NCBI GenBank assembly: GCA_951406725.2
Contig: OX597814.1
Coordinates: 61,690,001 to 61,754,000 of the forward strand
Length of the DNA stretch: 64,000 nt
From: Octopus vulgaris
Lineage: Eukaryota
Direction of reading: 5' to 3'
The translations under genes and the position numbers were made by a program. How positions within the stretch are numbered: the stretch's first letter is position 1; each line of letters starts with the position of its first letter. This document shows, piece by piece, positions 13,228-26,465 of this stretch. The notes beneath the pieces are model-generated. The model ran no database searches. It was not told where the DNA came from and saw only the letters and a program-made list of their open reading frames with translations.

Positions 13228-16200
13228 TAGAGCCCGATTTCTGAAAACGTGGCTATTGGAAGTCCTCAACGGCGGATCTGTTCCTAGTGAAGGCGGACGA
13301 GGGCGGTGCCATGCAAGCTAGCTATAAAGGCGGACTATGAAAAACTAGAGTTCCAGCAGCTTGCCGCAGGAAGCCTACGAACAAGGCCAAACAGGCTGGT
13401 CCCAAGAGGGAGCATAGGACCTTATCCACCAATTCCGGCAGCTTGTTGCAGCAGAAGACAAGGGTCAATCGTGTCGAGACTCCTCTTGCCATGGAATCCC
13501 GCCTCGCCTTTTGTCAAGTGCTCGCTCCTGAGAACTGTGCATCCTCTCCAGCACCTTAAACTTTTCACAGTACAAACTTCGCCTTTCATCCTTCATTCTC
13601 TTTCATCCTCCCTGTAAGTCCTGCGGCGATGGGGCAGACTAGGATGTTGCTGGATGCCTCTAGTTGGTGTCCCGTTGTTGAATGGACCTCTGGGATGCCT
13701 CGTTTGCATGGGGTTGGTTTCGCAATCAAGAACAGCCTATTGCAGAAAATTCCTGGAGTATCCTCCTGTATCAGTGAGCGCCTGATGACAATCAAAATCC
13801 CACTTTTGAACAAATGTCTTCTGAGAATTCTCAGCGTTTATGGACCAACTCTCGACTCTGATGAACAGATAAAGGACGCCTTCTATGATTCTCTGCATAC
13901 TGCGTTTCGGAACATCTCCCGATCGGACAAGATCGTACTCATGGGTGACTTCAGCTCCCGTGTTGGGTGTGGAATTACCGCCTGGCAAGAGATCCTCGGT
14001 CCTCACAACACAGGGAAACTGAACGCTAATGGACAGAGACTACTCACCTTCTGCTCCGAGTATGGCCTTTGCATCACTGACACCCTCTTCCAACGGCGAG
14101 ACATTTACAAGAAGTCATGGATGCACCCGCGTTCCAAAAAGTGGCATCTCCTAGACTACATCATTGTCCGTCGTCAAGATATGGGCGATGTCCTCCATAC
14201 TCGCGCAATGCGTGGAGCAGATTGCTGGACGGACCACAACCTTATGCGCGCCAAGCTTAGAATCAACATTCGACTCCCTAGACGAAAATCGACAGCATCA
14301 AAACGACTGAAAACCACGAAACTATCCTGATAATCGTGGCCTCTTTCAAGATCAGCTTGCCATCAAATTGGATACTCTCCCACTCCCCGATCCTACCTCG
14401 GTAAACCAAGAGGAGCTAGATGATATATAGGACAAACATATCTCCCTGATCTCGGTCGCAACCGAACTAGGACATACCAAACGTCGCAATCCTGACTGGT
14501 TTGATGAATCTGCTGATGAGATCCTCCCTCTTCTCAGAAGTAAAAATTGGGCTCATGATGCCTATCTCTCGAGCAGGTCCAATGCACACCTCCAGAATTG
14601 GAAAGATCTTCGCTCTGAATGCCAAAGCAGACTTAGGCAGATTCAGAACAACACTTGGTGGAAGGACAAAGCTGCAGAAATTCAACGTTTTGCGGATGAA
14701 AATAAGATCCACGAGTTCTACACTGTAACCAAATCCATATACGGTCCGTCCTCCAATCATATCAATCCGATATGATCTTCAGACGGCAACATTCTCTATA
14801 AGGAAAAGACCCAGATCCGTGACTTATGGGCAGAACACTTCAATTCTTTGTTGAACAAGATAAATCCTGCAGACATCACACTGATTGATGAGCCCCCTCT
14901 CATCTCCCTCCTCTCTCTGAGCTGGATACGGAACCCTCCTTCATGGAAATCCGTACAGGTCTCTCCTACTTAAAAACAAGAAATGACCTGGATCAGATGG
15001 TGTATCGGGGGAGATCTATAAATATGGTGGTCCTGCTCTTGCCCAGCGTCTTCATCAGATTATCCTCTACTGTTGGAAAAGTGTCTTGATCCCTCAACGC
15101 TGGAAACATGCAGACATAATCACCATCTTCAAGAAGGGAGATCGCTCAGACTGCAACAACAGCAGAGGTATTTCTCTCCTGGATGTTGCAGGAAAGGTCT
15201 TGGCACGCGTCCTGCTCTCTCGACTTCTTGGCCACTTCGTTGAAGGAATCCTCCGAGAGTCTCAATGCAGTTTTAGAGATAAGCGTAGCACTATCGGCAT
15301 TGTCTTCGTCTCCAGCCTCCTGTTAGAGAAGTGCCGAGAACAACAGTGTGATGCCTCGTTTGCCTTTATTGACCCAATGCTTTTGATGCTATTAGTCGCC
15401 CACTACTATGGTATGTCCTGCAGAGCTATGGATGCCCTCCTAAGCTTCTTTCAATGCTACGCCAGTCTCATGACGGCATGCAAGCACGTGTGACATTGGG
15501 TGGTGACCAGTCTGACTACTTAAACGTTCAAGTCGGTGTTAAACAAGGTTGCATCCTGGCCCCTGTCCTCTTCAATGTATTCCTTGTGGCTATGACCTTA
15601 CTATCTCGCTACGACCTCAAATCCGAAGATGGCATCCCAATTCGATATCGCCACGATAGTAGTCTCTTCAACTTGAGAGGACTAAAATCCCTGACAAAGA
15701 CTCAGTCCACCACTCTCTTCGGATTACAGTATGCCGATGACTGCGAAGTTCTCGCCCACGAACCTAGACGTTCTGTGCAACGCCTATCGTCGGGCTGGAC
15801 TCCAGGTCAACACCAAGAAAACAGAGATCCTTCAACGCTCCAAAAATGGCTCATCCCCTGTGACTCTTTCGATCCAAGACAACCAGCTAAAGAACACCGA
15901 GAAACTCACCTATTTGGGTAGCATCATCTGAAGCAATGGAGTCATTGACCACGAAATTCAGAATCGCATCCACCTTGCCTCCTCCGCTTTTGGACGTCTC
16001 AAGGATAGGGTTTTCCTTAATCGTGAATCTCTCCACGAAAATCGAGGTTTATCGTGCTGTTGTGGTTTCCACGTTTCTGTATGCTTCAGAAACCTGGACA
16101 CTTTATCATCATCATGTCAAACTTCTCGAATCCTTTCATATCCTCTGTCTCCAGCGCATTCTTAATCTGACCTGGAAGGACAAGATCCCACATACGGAGA

Positions 16201-16720
16201 TCCTGAGACGAGCGAATTTGACCAGTATCGAATGCGTGATCCTCGAACGTCAACTGCGTTAGGTGGGGCATGTTATCTGGATGGCATAAAACCATATACC
16301 CAAGATTGTCCTTTTCGAGGAGTTAGCAGAGGGTAACCGACCGCACGGAGGTCCAAATAAGCGATATAAAGATCATCCAAAGAAATCCCTAAAGCTCTGC
16401 AAGATCCCCCCTGGTGAACTTGAAACACTGGCCACAGGCCGTACAACCTGGAGGGATATGGTCAAAACTGGTACGCAGCATTTTGAGGATGAGCGGACTA
16501 GGTTTCGCAAAGAAAAATGGAGACAGCTCAAGGAATGTCAGCAAAATCCTAGACGAACTCGTCTTCGTTGGAGCCCTCTTCGCTGCTCTCATTGTAATCG
16601 GACATGTGCCTCCAGAATTGGCCTTTTCAGCCACGAGAGGGTATGCCAACGCCGTCAAGACAGCCCCTAAGGATCAAAGACGACGTCATCTATCAAGATG
16701 GACTGCCTTAAGCAAAGCAA
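13228..16720 (+). mobile_element. Near full-length RTE-clade LINE (APE endonuclease, RT, C-terminal CCHH-type finger), disrupted
   Basis: APE motifs HGVGFAI, ERLMT, YGPT, MGDF, WMHPRSKKWHLLDY, WTDH (13629-14330); RT motifs KKGDRSDCNNSRGISLL, GVKQGCILAPVLF, LQYADDC (~15725), TYLGS; CSHCNRTCASRIGLFSHERVC; many stops and frameshifts. Confidence 0.95.
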
Positions 16721-16872
16721 CATGTATATATGTATGTATGCCTGTATATATGTCTGTATGTATAAATATATATGAATATATGTATACATATATATGTAAA
16801 TGTATCTATATGTATGTATATGCATATATATATGTTATATGTATATATGTATGAATCTATCTATCTATCTAC

Positions 16873-16995
<123 letters not shown>

Positions 16996-17062
16996 CTAAT
17001 CTCTTTCTCCCTCTCCCTTTATGTATATATCGTTACTTATGTATATATATATATATATATAT

Positions 17063-17673
17063 AAATAACTTAAATAACTTAGAAAGGTTTTGGCCAGTAT
17101 TGGCCCAGGCCATGTCTAACTTTATAGCACCACCTGGCGAAGTCTTTCAATTCAGGATTTGGGCACCAAGGCCCATTCGAGCAGAGGGTTATTGTTTGCA
17201 GAGACATATCCGGGTGTGGGTGGTTTGTCCGGGACTGTTTGAAGGAATTTGTCCAAAGACTTCTTGAATTTTGTGTGGTCAGTTTCTGTTTTGACGTGTC
17301 CTGGTGTAATTTTGAACAGAGTGGGTCCAATTGAGGTGAAATAATTGTGCCGTATTGTTGTTATGAGATGCGATTTAGATTTTTGTTGTGGACGGATGGC
17401 ACGGGGTCCAAGTCTTGGATGTATTTTGAAGGTGATGCCAACATCATTTGTACAGTGCTGATGGAATATTTTCCACATCATACAGATAATGTAACGTTCA
17501 CGGCGTCGTTGGCGTGAATACAGTTTCAGCTTTTCTAGTCGACCCCCGTAGTCGAGGTCTGACATGCCATCTATCTTTTTCGTGATTGACCTTTGGGGAG
17601 CTTCAATATTCATAATATTCTGTTTAGTATAGGGAGACCACAGTGGACAGCAGTATTCAAGGTGGGGTATCAT
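17063..17673 (-). mobile_element. CR1-clade LINE 3' fragment
   Basis: PHLEYCCPLWSPY..IEAPQRSITKKI..LDYGGRLEKLKLYS.QRRRER..FKKSLDKFL; short tandem tail (AAGTTATTT)2. Confidence 0.85.
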
Positions 17674-18268
17674 ATGTGTGTGTATGTTCTCTTCTATTTG
17701 TAAGGATGGTGTTAGTTTCTAATGGACGTATAATCTTCCAGTGAAATAATGTAGATAAAAAAAATCGAAAACAAACAATGTCACATGTCAATCTTGCATA
17801 AAGTATTGTATATTTTTACTGTTTTGCTTACAGATTGTATTAGTAATGTGCGTGTTAGTTGATTTCTTTTTCTGAAGACCTTAGCTTCTCCAGACTGTCA
17901 CTTTGGAACTTACTAACGAGACCATGCATACCAATTATTTATTCCCAGTGTAAATGTCAATTTTAAATCTGGATCCAGAAGCTGAGGCGGTTGTCTGTAG
18001 TTGTCCTCATTTTCTTGATTTTTGAAGAGATATTCACATCAGTAAGGCAGATACTTCTACGACAGTATACATCTTTTGTCTATCCAAAGAACTATATCGG
18101 CATATTAAACTTGCAGTTGGTGAAAGTTTTTATGGGGATTTGCTACCAATATTCGTTTTGTGGATGTTTATATATGTATTCAGTGACAGGAATATTCTAT
18201 ATTTATATACGCCTGAATGTATACACACGCGTGCATAGAGACACACTCGTATATGCAGACACACTCAC

Positions 18269-18325
<57 letters not shown>

Positions 18326-18934
18326 TCAAGGGGTCGAAACTAACAGAAACCTTAGTAAGAAAGCTGATAAGGATTGAATTTGTATTTGTTCCGTGTTTTT
18401 ACCGATTGTGCCCAGTCTGTATATATCCAAACGTACATACATACATACATACATACATACATACATACATACATACATACATACACGCATGCATGCATAC
18501 ATGTATACATACATGCATGCATACATATATATATATATACATTGATACTGATAGCGATAATATTCAGTATGTAATGCAACTTAACGTGTGTGTAGTATAA
18601 TGAGCGCGTGTGTGCGTGCGCGTGTGTGCGTGCGCGTGTGTGCGTGCGTGTGTTTGAGTTCGTGTGTATGTGTGTGTGTAAGTGTTTGTGAGTGCACCAA
18701 CGTGCGTACGTGTGTGTGTGGTCTATTAAAGTTCAGATCAGGTTCGCATTAAGTTCAGTTCCCGTCAAAGTTCAGTCTGTCTTTATCTCTCTGCAATCGA
18801 TTAATTTAGTATCGATAATATATTGATGAGTCTATTTATTCCACTTAAAAAAAAATTGTGGCTTTATAGCAAATGTAAGAAATCAATATATCTCAATCAA
18901 TTGATATTCCTCTATCTGTCTAGCTCTCTGCCTG

Positions 18935-18995
<61 letters not shown>

Positions 18996-19041
18996 CCATC
19001 TATCCGTCTGTCTGTCTGTCTATCTGGCTGTCTGTCTGTCA

Positions 19042-19148
<107 letters not shown>

Positions 19149-19289
19149 ATACATACTTAAATGTAAGACGTCGAAATTGTGATGATGTATAGTCGATGAC
19201 TGATGAGGGTTGAGCATGCCTTTTATGTGTTTTTCACCTGTTTTTCCTGTTCCTCCGTCGTCTTTCCGTGCAGCATTTTACTACAGGCA

Positions 19290-19383
<94 letters not shown>

Positions 19384-19404
19384 AACACACGCACAAACAC
19401 ACAC

Positions 19405-19441
<37 letters not shown>

Positions 19442-19569
19442 ATGGTATGATATAAATATATATACATATGATACATATATATCATACCACAAGTATTTTT
19501 CATTTTTTCAATACTTTCAATATATGTATGTGTGCTTGTGTGTGCGTGCGTGCGTGCGCGCGCGTGTGT

Positions 19570-19985
19570 GCACGACGTTCTAAGAACTGGACGTCATCTA
19601 TCTCTCTCTATCTTTTCTCTTTTCAAAGAAAATATTTCTACAGACGGTCACTATGTTCTCCTAGTTCTGGTCTAACGACTCTCCATACTTGTTTTCGTTC
19701 GGTTTCCTTGTATGTCTCCACTGTCCTGTTTTTGTTCCCAACTTTGACTCTCCATAAATCCAAAATTTCATTTTGGAATTTATGGGAGCAACTGTCTTCG
19801 AAGACTCATATTGTCGTCGAATGCTCGAAATAAGGAGTAGATAGACAGCCAAACAGCCAACAACTGATGAAGGATCGTTCTCTATGTTACTTGTCCTGTT
19901 TTCCTTTTTTCTCTCGTTGTTTGCGTATTTAACTCTTTTGTTTTCGTATTTCATGTTGTTTATACAGTTGGTGACGTCCTGTACC

Positions 19986-19988
<3 letters not shown>
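19570..19988 (+). mobile_element. Unclassified (TA)n-associated repeat, family X, copy 1
   Basis: Shares CCATAAAT.CAAAATTT.ATTTTGGAATTTATGGGAGCAACTGTCTTCGAAGACTC..CTGATGAAGG..GTGACGTCCTGTACCC with 28450-29055, 29143-29555 and 30775-31382. Confidence 0.8.
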
Positions 19989-20031
<43 letters not shown>

Positions 20032-20035
<4 letters not shown>

Positions 20036-21575
20036 GCACGTTCGGATGACCTCTACTCAACTCAACTCTACTCTTCTCCCGACGTCTAGACATCTCCCAT
20101 ATCTACGTATTGGGTTAGTCTACTTCATCGTCTGGGAGCATCCACACAACACCTCCCCCTTTTGAGTTTTTTAAACCCGAATTTATCAATTTTATTTCCT
20201 CGGTGAGAAACTGGCATATCTTTTTCTCTTAGCTTTAATTTCCATCATTTCTGTTGGTTTTCTCTTCCTGTTCGACCTACGTGTCGGTTCTGCTTTTGCT
20301 TGTAGTTCTGGGACCTGGAACAAATCATACCATAAATCCATTAGTTCTTCTCGCCTCTCTTGGTTTTTGGTATATCTTTTTTAAAATTAGTTTAAATGTC
20401 TTCTGTGTTCATATTTTGGGCCTTTTACCATGTACATCACGTTACCCAGACGTCCAGTTATACTTCCTTGTTCCCAGTCCTGTTTTCCGTTAGTATATAT
20501 TTTAAAATACACTTTGTCACCTGTGTTAAAAAATTTCACTTTTCTTCCTGAATCTTCTATATTCTGTTTCCTGCAACCATTTGTCAAAAATAGAACGAAT
20601 TTTTCTGGAAAACATCAAATCTGCGGGTGACCTACCCGACTCTGCATTTGGATTCGGTGTTATTCTGTACACCTGCAAAAACTTTGTCATATTTGTATCT
20701 TCCCGTCTGGTCTTCCTTAAGGCTCTCTTGAATGTGTCGACGAATCTTTCCGCTAACCCATTTGACCTTGGATGGTATGGCGGAGTTAATACATGCTTCA
20801 TCTGAACCGACTTACAGAATCTTTCGAACTCCTTCGCCGTGAATTGTGTACCATTATCCGACACGATCGTATCAGGCACTCCATAACGAGCGAACAGTTC
20901 TTCCAAGAAGTCAATAGCCACACTTGTGGTTGGCCTTGAACATTTACACACTTCAGGCCATTTGGAATAGCTATCCACCACAATGATATAATGAGAGCCA
21001 TTTATTAGTCAAAATATTTATCGTTTCATCAAAACACAATTCCGCGGGCTTTCTCGGTAAAATAAAGTTACAAAATCTTTCGTGTTCCGGAGTAGCAAGC
21101 TTTCGCAAAAGGAGCCTTACCTTCCTTTCACTAGACCATCCCTTGCATTCCTCTCGGAATATGTCTTCGTATCGACTGTAATATGCAGCAAAAGTAGTTC
21201 CTTCATCCGGATTGTAGTGAAATTCTTCGATGGAATTTGCAACACCATCTGCTGAAAATGATTCTGTCGTATTTCTCAACTGCAGTAACAATTCTGTTAA
21301 CTTCTGTAATTGCTGCTGCTGCTGCTCTTCTTGTTTTACAACTGCTTTCAGTAACTCTTCCATTTCCGTACTATACGAAACCTCGTCGCCACTGTTATAT
21401 CGCAATACTACACAGTGGCTGTGTGAGCGACGCAATCCTCGTCGCCATTGTTATGTCGCACGTTCGGATGACCTCTACTCAACTCAACTCTACTCTTCTC
21501 CCGACGTCTAGACTTCTCCCTCTATATCTAGTATTGGGTTAGTCTACTTCATCGTCTGGGGGCGTCCATACCACA
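20032..21575 (-). mobile_element. Internally deleted Ty3/Gypsy (Mag/K02A2.6-like) LTR retrotransposon
   Basis: LTRs 20032-20151 and 21454-21575 (TG..CA); PBS TGGCGACGAGGAT 21435-21447; PPT AAAGGGGGAGG 20152-20162; Gag N-terminus (EFHYNPDEGTTFAAYYSRYEDIF..KVRLLLRKL) joined to integrase (VDSYSKWPEV..SDNGTQF..PYHPRSNGLAERFV); ATATA on both flanks. Confidence 0.95.
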
Positions 21576-21632
21576 ATATATACAAACATGCATACACATG
21601 TACGCATACATAGACATTTGCACACACATACA

Positions 21633-21705
<73 letters not shown>

Positions 21706-22102
21706 GCAGACATATACTCATGCGCCCATACGTACACAAATACGCATCGGTCTATATTTAGGCAAAACATTACTCACTCTCGGCTTCATCTTCTGAAACA
21801 CGTGTTGTACATAACTATCTTTCCCATCCCTTTCATCCAAAGACTAATTATCACATAATAAGCAACCTTTGTTGCTACATACTGGAGTTGTATAGTAACA
21901 GTCATCGGAAATTCTAATTTCGATTTAGAATGAAGCGTGTTGGATTCATTGATTAATAAAAAAAATTATTGATCGATTATTGTCTCTTTTGTGTTATCTA
22001 ATCAAATCCTTGTCTACGCTTGAGGCAAAATAATTATATATATACATACATGCATACATACACACATAAATATATATATAGATGTAACAATTGTACATAC
22101 AC

Positions 22103-22392
22103 AGCGTGGCTTAGTAGTTAGGGCATTCGGCTAATGATCGTAAGGTCGTGAGTTCAATTCCTGGTGATGCGGTGTGTCCTCGAGCAAGACACTTTATTTC
22201 ACGTTGCTCCAGTCCACTAAGCTGGCAAAAATGAGTAGTACCTGTATTTCAAAGGGCCGGCCTTGACACACTTTTTGTGACGCAGAATGTCCCTGAGAAC
22301 TACGTTAAGGGTACATGTGTCTGTGGAGTGCTCAGTCATTTGCACGTTAATTTCACGAGGAAGCTGTTCCGTTGATCGTATCAGCGGGGACC
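22103..22392 (+). mobile_element. tRNA-derived SINE, family D (CORE/V-like central block)
   Basis: GTGGCTTAGTAGTTAGGGC..GAGTTCAATTCC head, then GTGTCCTCGAGCAAGACACTTTATTTCACGTTGCTCCAGTCCAC. Confidence 0.75.
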
Positions 22393-22494
22393 TTTATATA
22401 CATAGCACCAATATATATATACATATATATATATACATACATACATGCACGCATATATATATATTTATATATACACGTATATACATATATACAT

Positions 22495-22538
<44 letters not shown>

Positions 22539-23095
22539 CGCACACATGCAATATTCCTCTTGTCGTCTTTCGGGTCATTCAGCCCCTCCATTAGGTTCTT
22601 GACATTGGTTCAAGTAACAACGAAGTTCAGGATACTGCAGACGAACATTCTATGCTTCTGCTGGAGATTTTCATTTACCTACTTATTTTCTATCTGGGCT
22701 GACTCACGTTTTTACTCTTTTCTTTCTCCTTATTGTCTTATTGTTTACGACGGTTTCCATATTTCGTCCCCTAGCATTATCTCCTTATCGCTATAAGACG
22801 ATGAAATGGAACTACTGATCAGAGGGAACTCTGGGAAGACTTGTGTAGGAAAAGAAAACTCTTCGGTTTCTCGATATCCTAGTCTTGTCGGCTCTTAGTG
22901 CATGTGGATTTGAGCATTAGGCAATTCTGCTAGTGTTTGCTTCTGTTCCGGCGCCGGCTGGTGCCGTTGTAGAAACAGTGGAAGAAGCAGGAGCAGCAGC
23001 AGCCGTCATAGGCTGTATGTATGTATGTGTGTGTGTATGTATGTATGTATGTATGTATGTATGTATGTATGTATGTATGTATGTATGTATGTATG

Positions 23096-23160
<65 letters not shown>

Positions 23161-23164
<4 letters not shown>

Positions 23165-24011
23165 ATATATTCGTTTTGCAATATTCTTGATGTGAATTTG
23201 TGTGTTGAAACAGATATTGTTGTATTTGAAGATGGTCATGTTGCCAGTTTAGCCAATGAAAACACACGCACTATATTGCTTCTTTGTCTAAATAAAAGTA
23301 AAGAGCTCGCCGGTTCTGTACCAACGCGCCAATCAGGAACACGGGCGCTCGCTCAACAACATAGCAGTTAAAATCTTGTCCACACATAGAAAAGACGCAA
23401 CGCTTAGATAAATTACGGAAGCTACACGCACAATAGAAGATAAACCTAGTCTGAATAGAAAACTAGAATGGGACACTAGCACACACCTCCAACACAACAC
23501 AACCTATGACATAATAAGATCCTATAAACTGATAATAATATGAATATAATACAATACACAGATAGCTAAATGGAATTAAATAACTATATACATAAGCAAA
23601 ATAAACTGAATTAAATTAATTCAAAAGAAGAAAGAAAAAGTAAGTAGATATAAACAAATGAATAAAATTAAAATAAAAGTAAATTAAACAAACGTGTATA
23701 AACAGGGGATACTGATAATGCAGGCACCATACACCCCCCCACACCCTTACTACACATAGACGCACACAGGGATATACGCATGCTCAAATAAAGACACATA
23801 CAATAGGAATACAAAATGACAGATCATTAGTAAGGAGAGACACAAAAAAGAAAGAAGAAAGCAAAAGACCACTGATGAGGTTACAGAAGTGTGACGAAAG
23901 AACTCTGGCCGAAATACAATTAATATGAAATAAAGCTGAAGCAAGGGAACACCAAATATACAGTGCGTGTGTTTTTATTGGTTAAACTGGCAACATTACC
24001 ATCCCCAAATA
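23161..24011 (+). mobile_element. 5'-truncated Penelope-like element with inverted terminal segment
   Basis: 23223-23277 is inverted at 23954-24011; 23358-23471 translates to NIAVKILSTHRKDATLR*ITEATRTIEDKPSLNRKLEW (GIY-YIG C-terminus-like); CTGATGA-GGTTA..TGGCC-GAAA at 23872-23914; starts at (TA)n. Confidence 0.7.
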
Positions 24012-24174
24012 TGCTTTAAAATATCAGCTTGAGAAGTACTGGAACTTTTTCGCCAAATAATGCTGGAAGAAATCTATTCCTCACTGTGAACACGTGCATT
24101 CTTTAAACAGTTAAAACAACAGCGATAAGAACGACGACGACAACAACAACAACACCAGAAACAACAACAGCAGC

Positions 24175-24221
<47 letters not shown>

Positions 24222-24554
24222 AAATAATAGTTTCTTTATTGACCCTAAAATGTTTGCAAAAAGATCGAGGTGTTACAGAACGATACAATGTGGTATTACG
24301 AGAAGGAGCGTTTAAATAGTAAAATAGCAATAGCAGTGAGATTTTAACCATGAATATTTTCCTAAAAGTGGGAAATTTCTGAAGACTACTCGTGTATATT
24401 CTACAAAACCAGTCATCTTGATCGTCGAGGCAAGTGCCTTCTCCTTCAATTGACAGGCGCATGCTCCTTCCTCTGCACCGCATCCAACCCATCAACCTCC
24501 ATAAATACATTTCTTAAATAGTCACCAAGTTTAGCCATGTGACACTATTGGATA

Positions 24555-24818
24555 CTCTTTTACCCTTTTACTCTTTTACCCTTTTACTTGTTTCAGTCAT
24601 TTGACTGCTGCCATGCTGGAGCACCGCCTTTAGTCAAGCAAATCGACCCCAGGACTTATTCTTTGTAAGCCTAGTACTTATTCTGTCGGACTCTTTTGCC
24701 GAACCGCTAAGTTACGGGAACGTAAACACACCAGCATCGGTCCTGGGGTCGATTTGCTCGACTAAAGGCGGTGCTCCAGCATGGCCACAGTCAAATGACT
24801 GAAACAAGTAAAAGAGTA
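24555..24818. mobile_element. Two SINE family A 3' ends joined in inverted orientation
   Basis: 24582-24655 is the reverse complement of 24740-24815. Confidence 0.85.
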
Positions 24819-25109
24819 TATACACTCATTGCCTATTGTTCTATCTTCGATCGCATTGTTTATATAGACGTTTTCATACACACACACACACACACATACA
24901 TGTATTACGTAAACTAAGAGAAAACCTCTGATGGGCAGTATTTCACCTCGTATATACAGCAGTAGAATAATTAGATTTTCAACTGTTGTTTATTCCGAGT
25001 TTGGCATTGACGCGTTTCATAATAACATTTCATTTTAATTGAATGTATCGTTGACGTCTTGCAGCAACTTACAAGTCAGTATAGATTTCATAAAGCCAGA
25101 TCCGTGAGT

Positions 25110-25963
25110 AACTTAACAACTTAACCCCTTGGAGGAAATCGGTGTCAGCAACATTGTCACCCTTGACACCGGCAAAACTTTTAATTGTGTCTGGCATGTG
25201 AATCTCATATCGAAACTTCTTTTCTATGGAATCCACTCGTCTCTTATTTCTTATATCGGTAGCTTCCATCAGATTGCCGCGTGCGTTAGCGGTCTTTTTT
25301 ATTCTTACTCCATCAACACTGGAATACCTTGGGGTTCGATTTTGTTCCCCACTCTCTTCTTTCTTTAAATCAATAATGGCGCTATAGTCAACATCCACTC
25401 TTTAGCAGATGACTCTACTCTTCACTGCTTCCTAACATTCCCCCACCAAAGTATTATGCATTTACAATTTAGACACTACACACCAAACAAACACTCTCAC
25501 CATGAACAGTAATTTGGAAAGCGTCTCGGAAAAGGAATATGCCAGTCTTGCCGCTTTCAAAAACAATGAAGTACAAATGCTGCTTATATCATGAAAGCTT
25601 CATAGCACCATACACCCTTCATCATAAGCGACAACCAGCTAGAGCCATGAAAATCGCCCCAGTTGTTGCTCACTATCACCGAGGACCTTTCCTGGCGAAG
25701 GTGCATCTTTAACATAGCTAAAATCGTATCCTTTACTGGCCCTTCCCTTCAGGGCCAAGAAATACTTCATCCTCAATAATTACTGATGTTCGAGTCATCT
25801 CCAAAATGGAGTATTGCCATTAGACTTGAGATGGGATCGTTGCTGCACACAGACATCTTAGGCAGGATCCAGAAAAGGCTACTCTAGTGATTAGCATAAA
25901 GTCACTCAGAGACACCCTCCAGCCTCTGGCACACAGGCTTCTTGTCTCCTCCCTCTACCTTTT

Positions 25964-26026
<63 letters not shown>

Positions 26027-26465
26027 ATACTACTACTACTATAATGGTTTTCGTGGCGAAACAAATTGAAGAAGACCTAAAGTCGCAGCGCCTCTTCCTC
26101 AAGCATGCCAAGGCCTGCGCTATGGATCGGAAAGCATGGAATAACATCATCACCAGAGTTCGTTATCCAGCGGCACCCACAACATCGTATTGGTTGGGAG
26201 GACAGCCTCCTCCTCCAGTCGCCAGCTAGGAATTTTTATTTACTTACTTACTACCTGGTTTTATGCTGCCTCCACTCAGGCAGTCTCCTTCCATTCATCT
26301 CTCTTCCTCCTATCACCCTTGAATCCAACACCACAAAACCTATGCTAATCACTACATCCAGTCCGTCCTTCCCAGAAAGTCATTCCACTGGAATATTCTT
26401 TCTGCTCATATCTTTTCCGCCGGTGTAGACTTACACTGGTTCAAAGCAAAGCATTAATAGCATTA
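25110..26465 (+). mobile_element. Degenerate CR1/L2-group LINE RT and 3' region, interrupted by (TAC)n
   Basis: LDTGKTFNCVWH.NLISKL..YGI..INTGIPWGSILFPTLF, then ADDSTL (GCAGATGACTCTACTCTT ~25405) and RIQKR. Confidence 0.7.
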
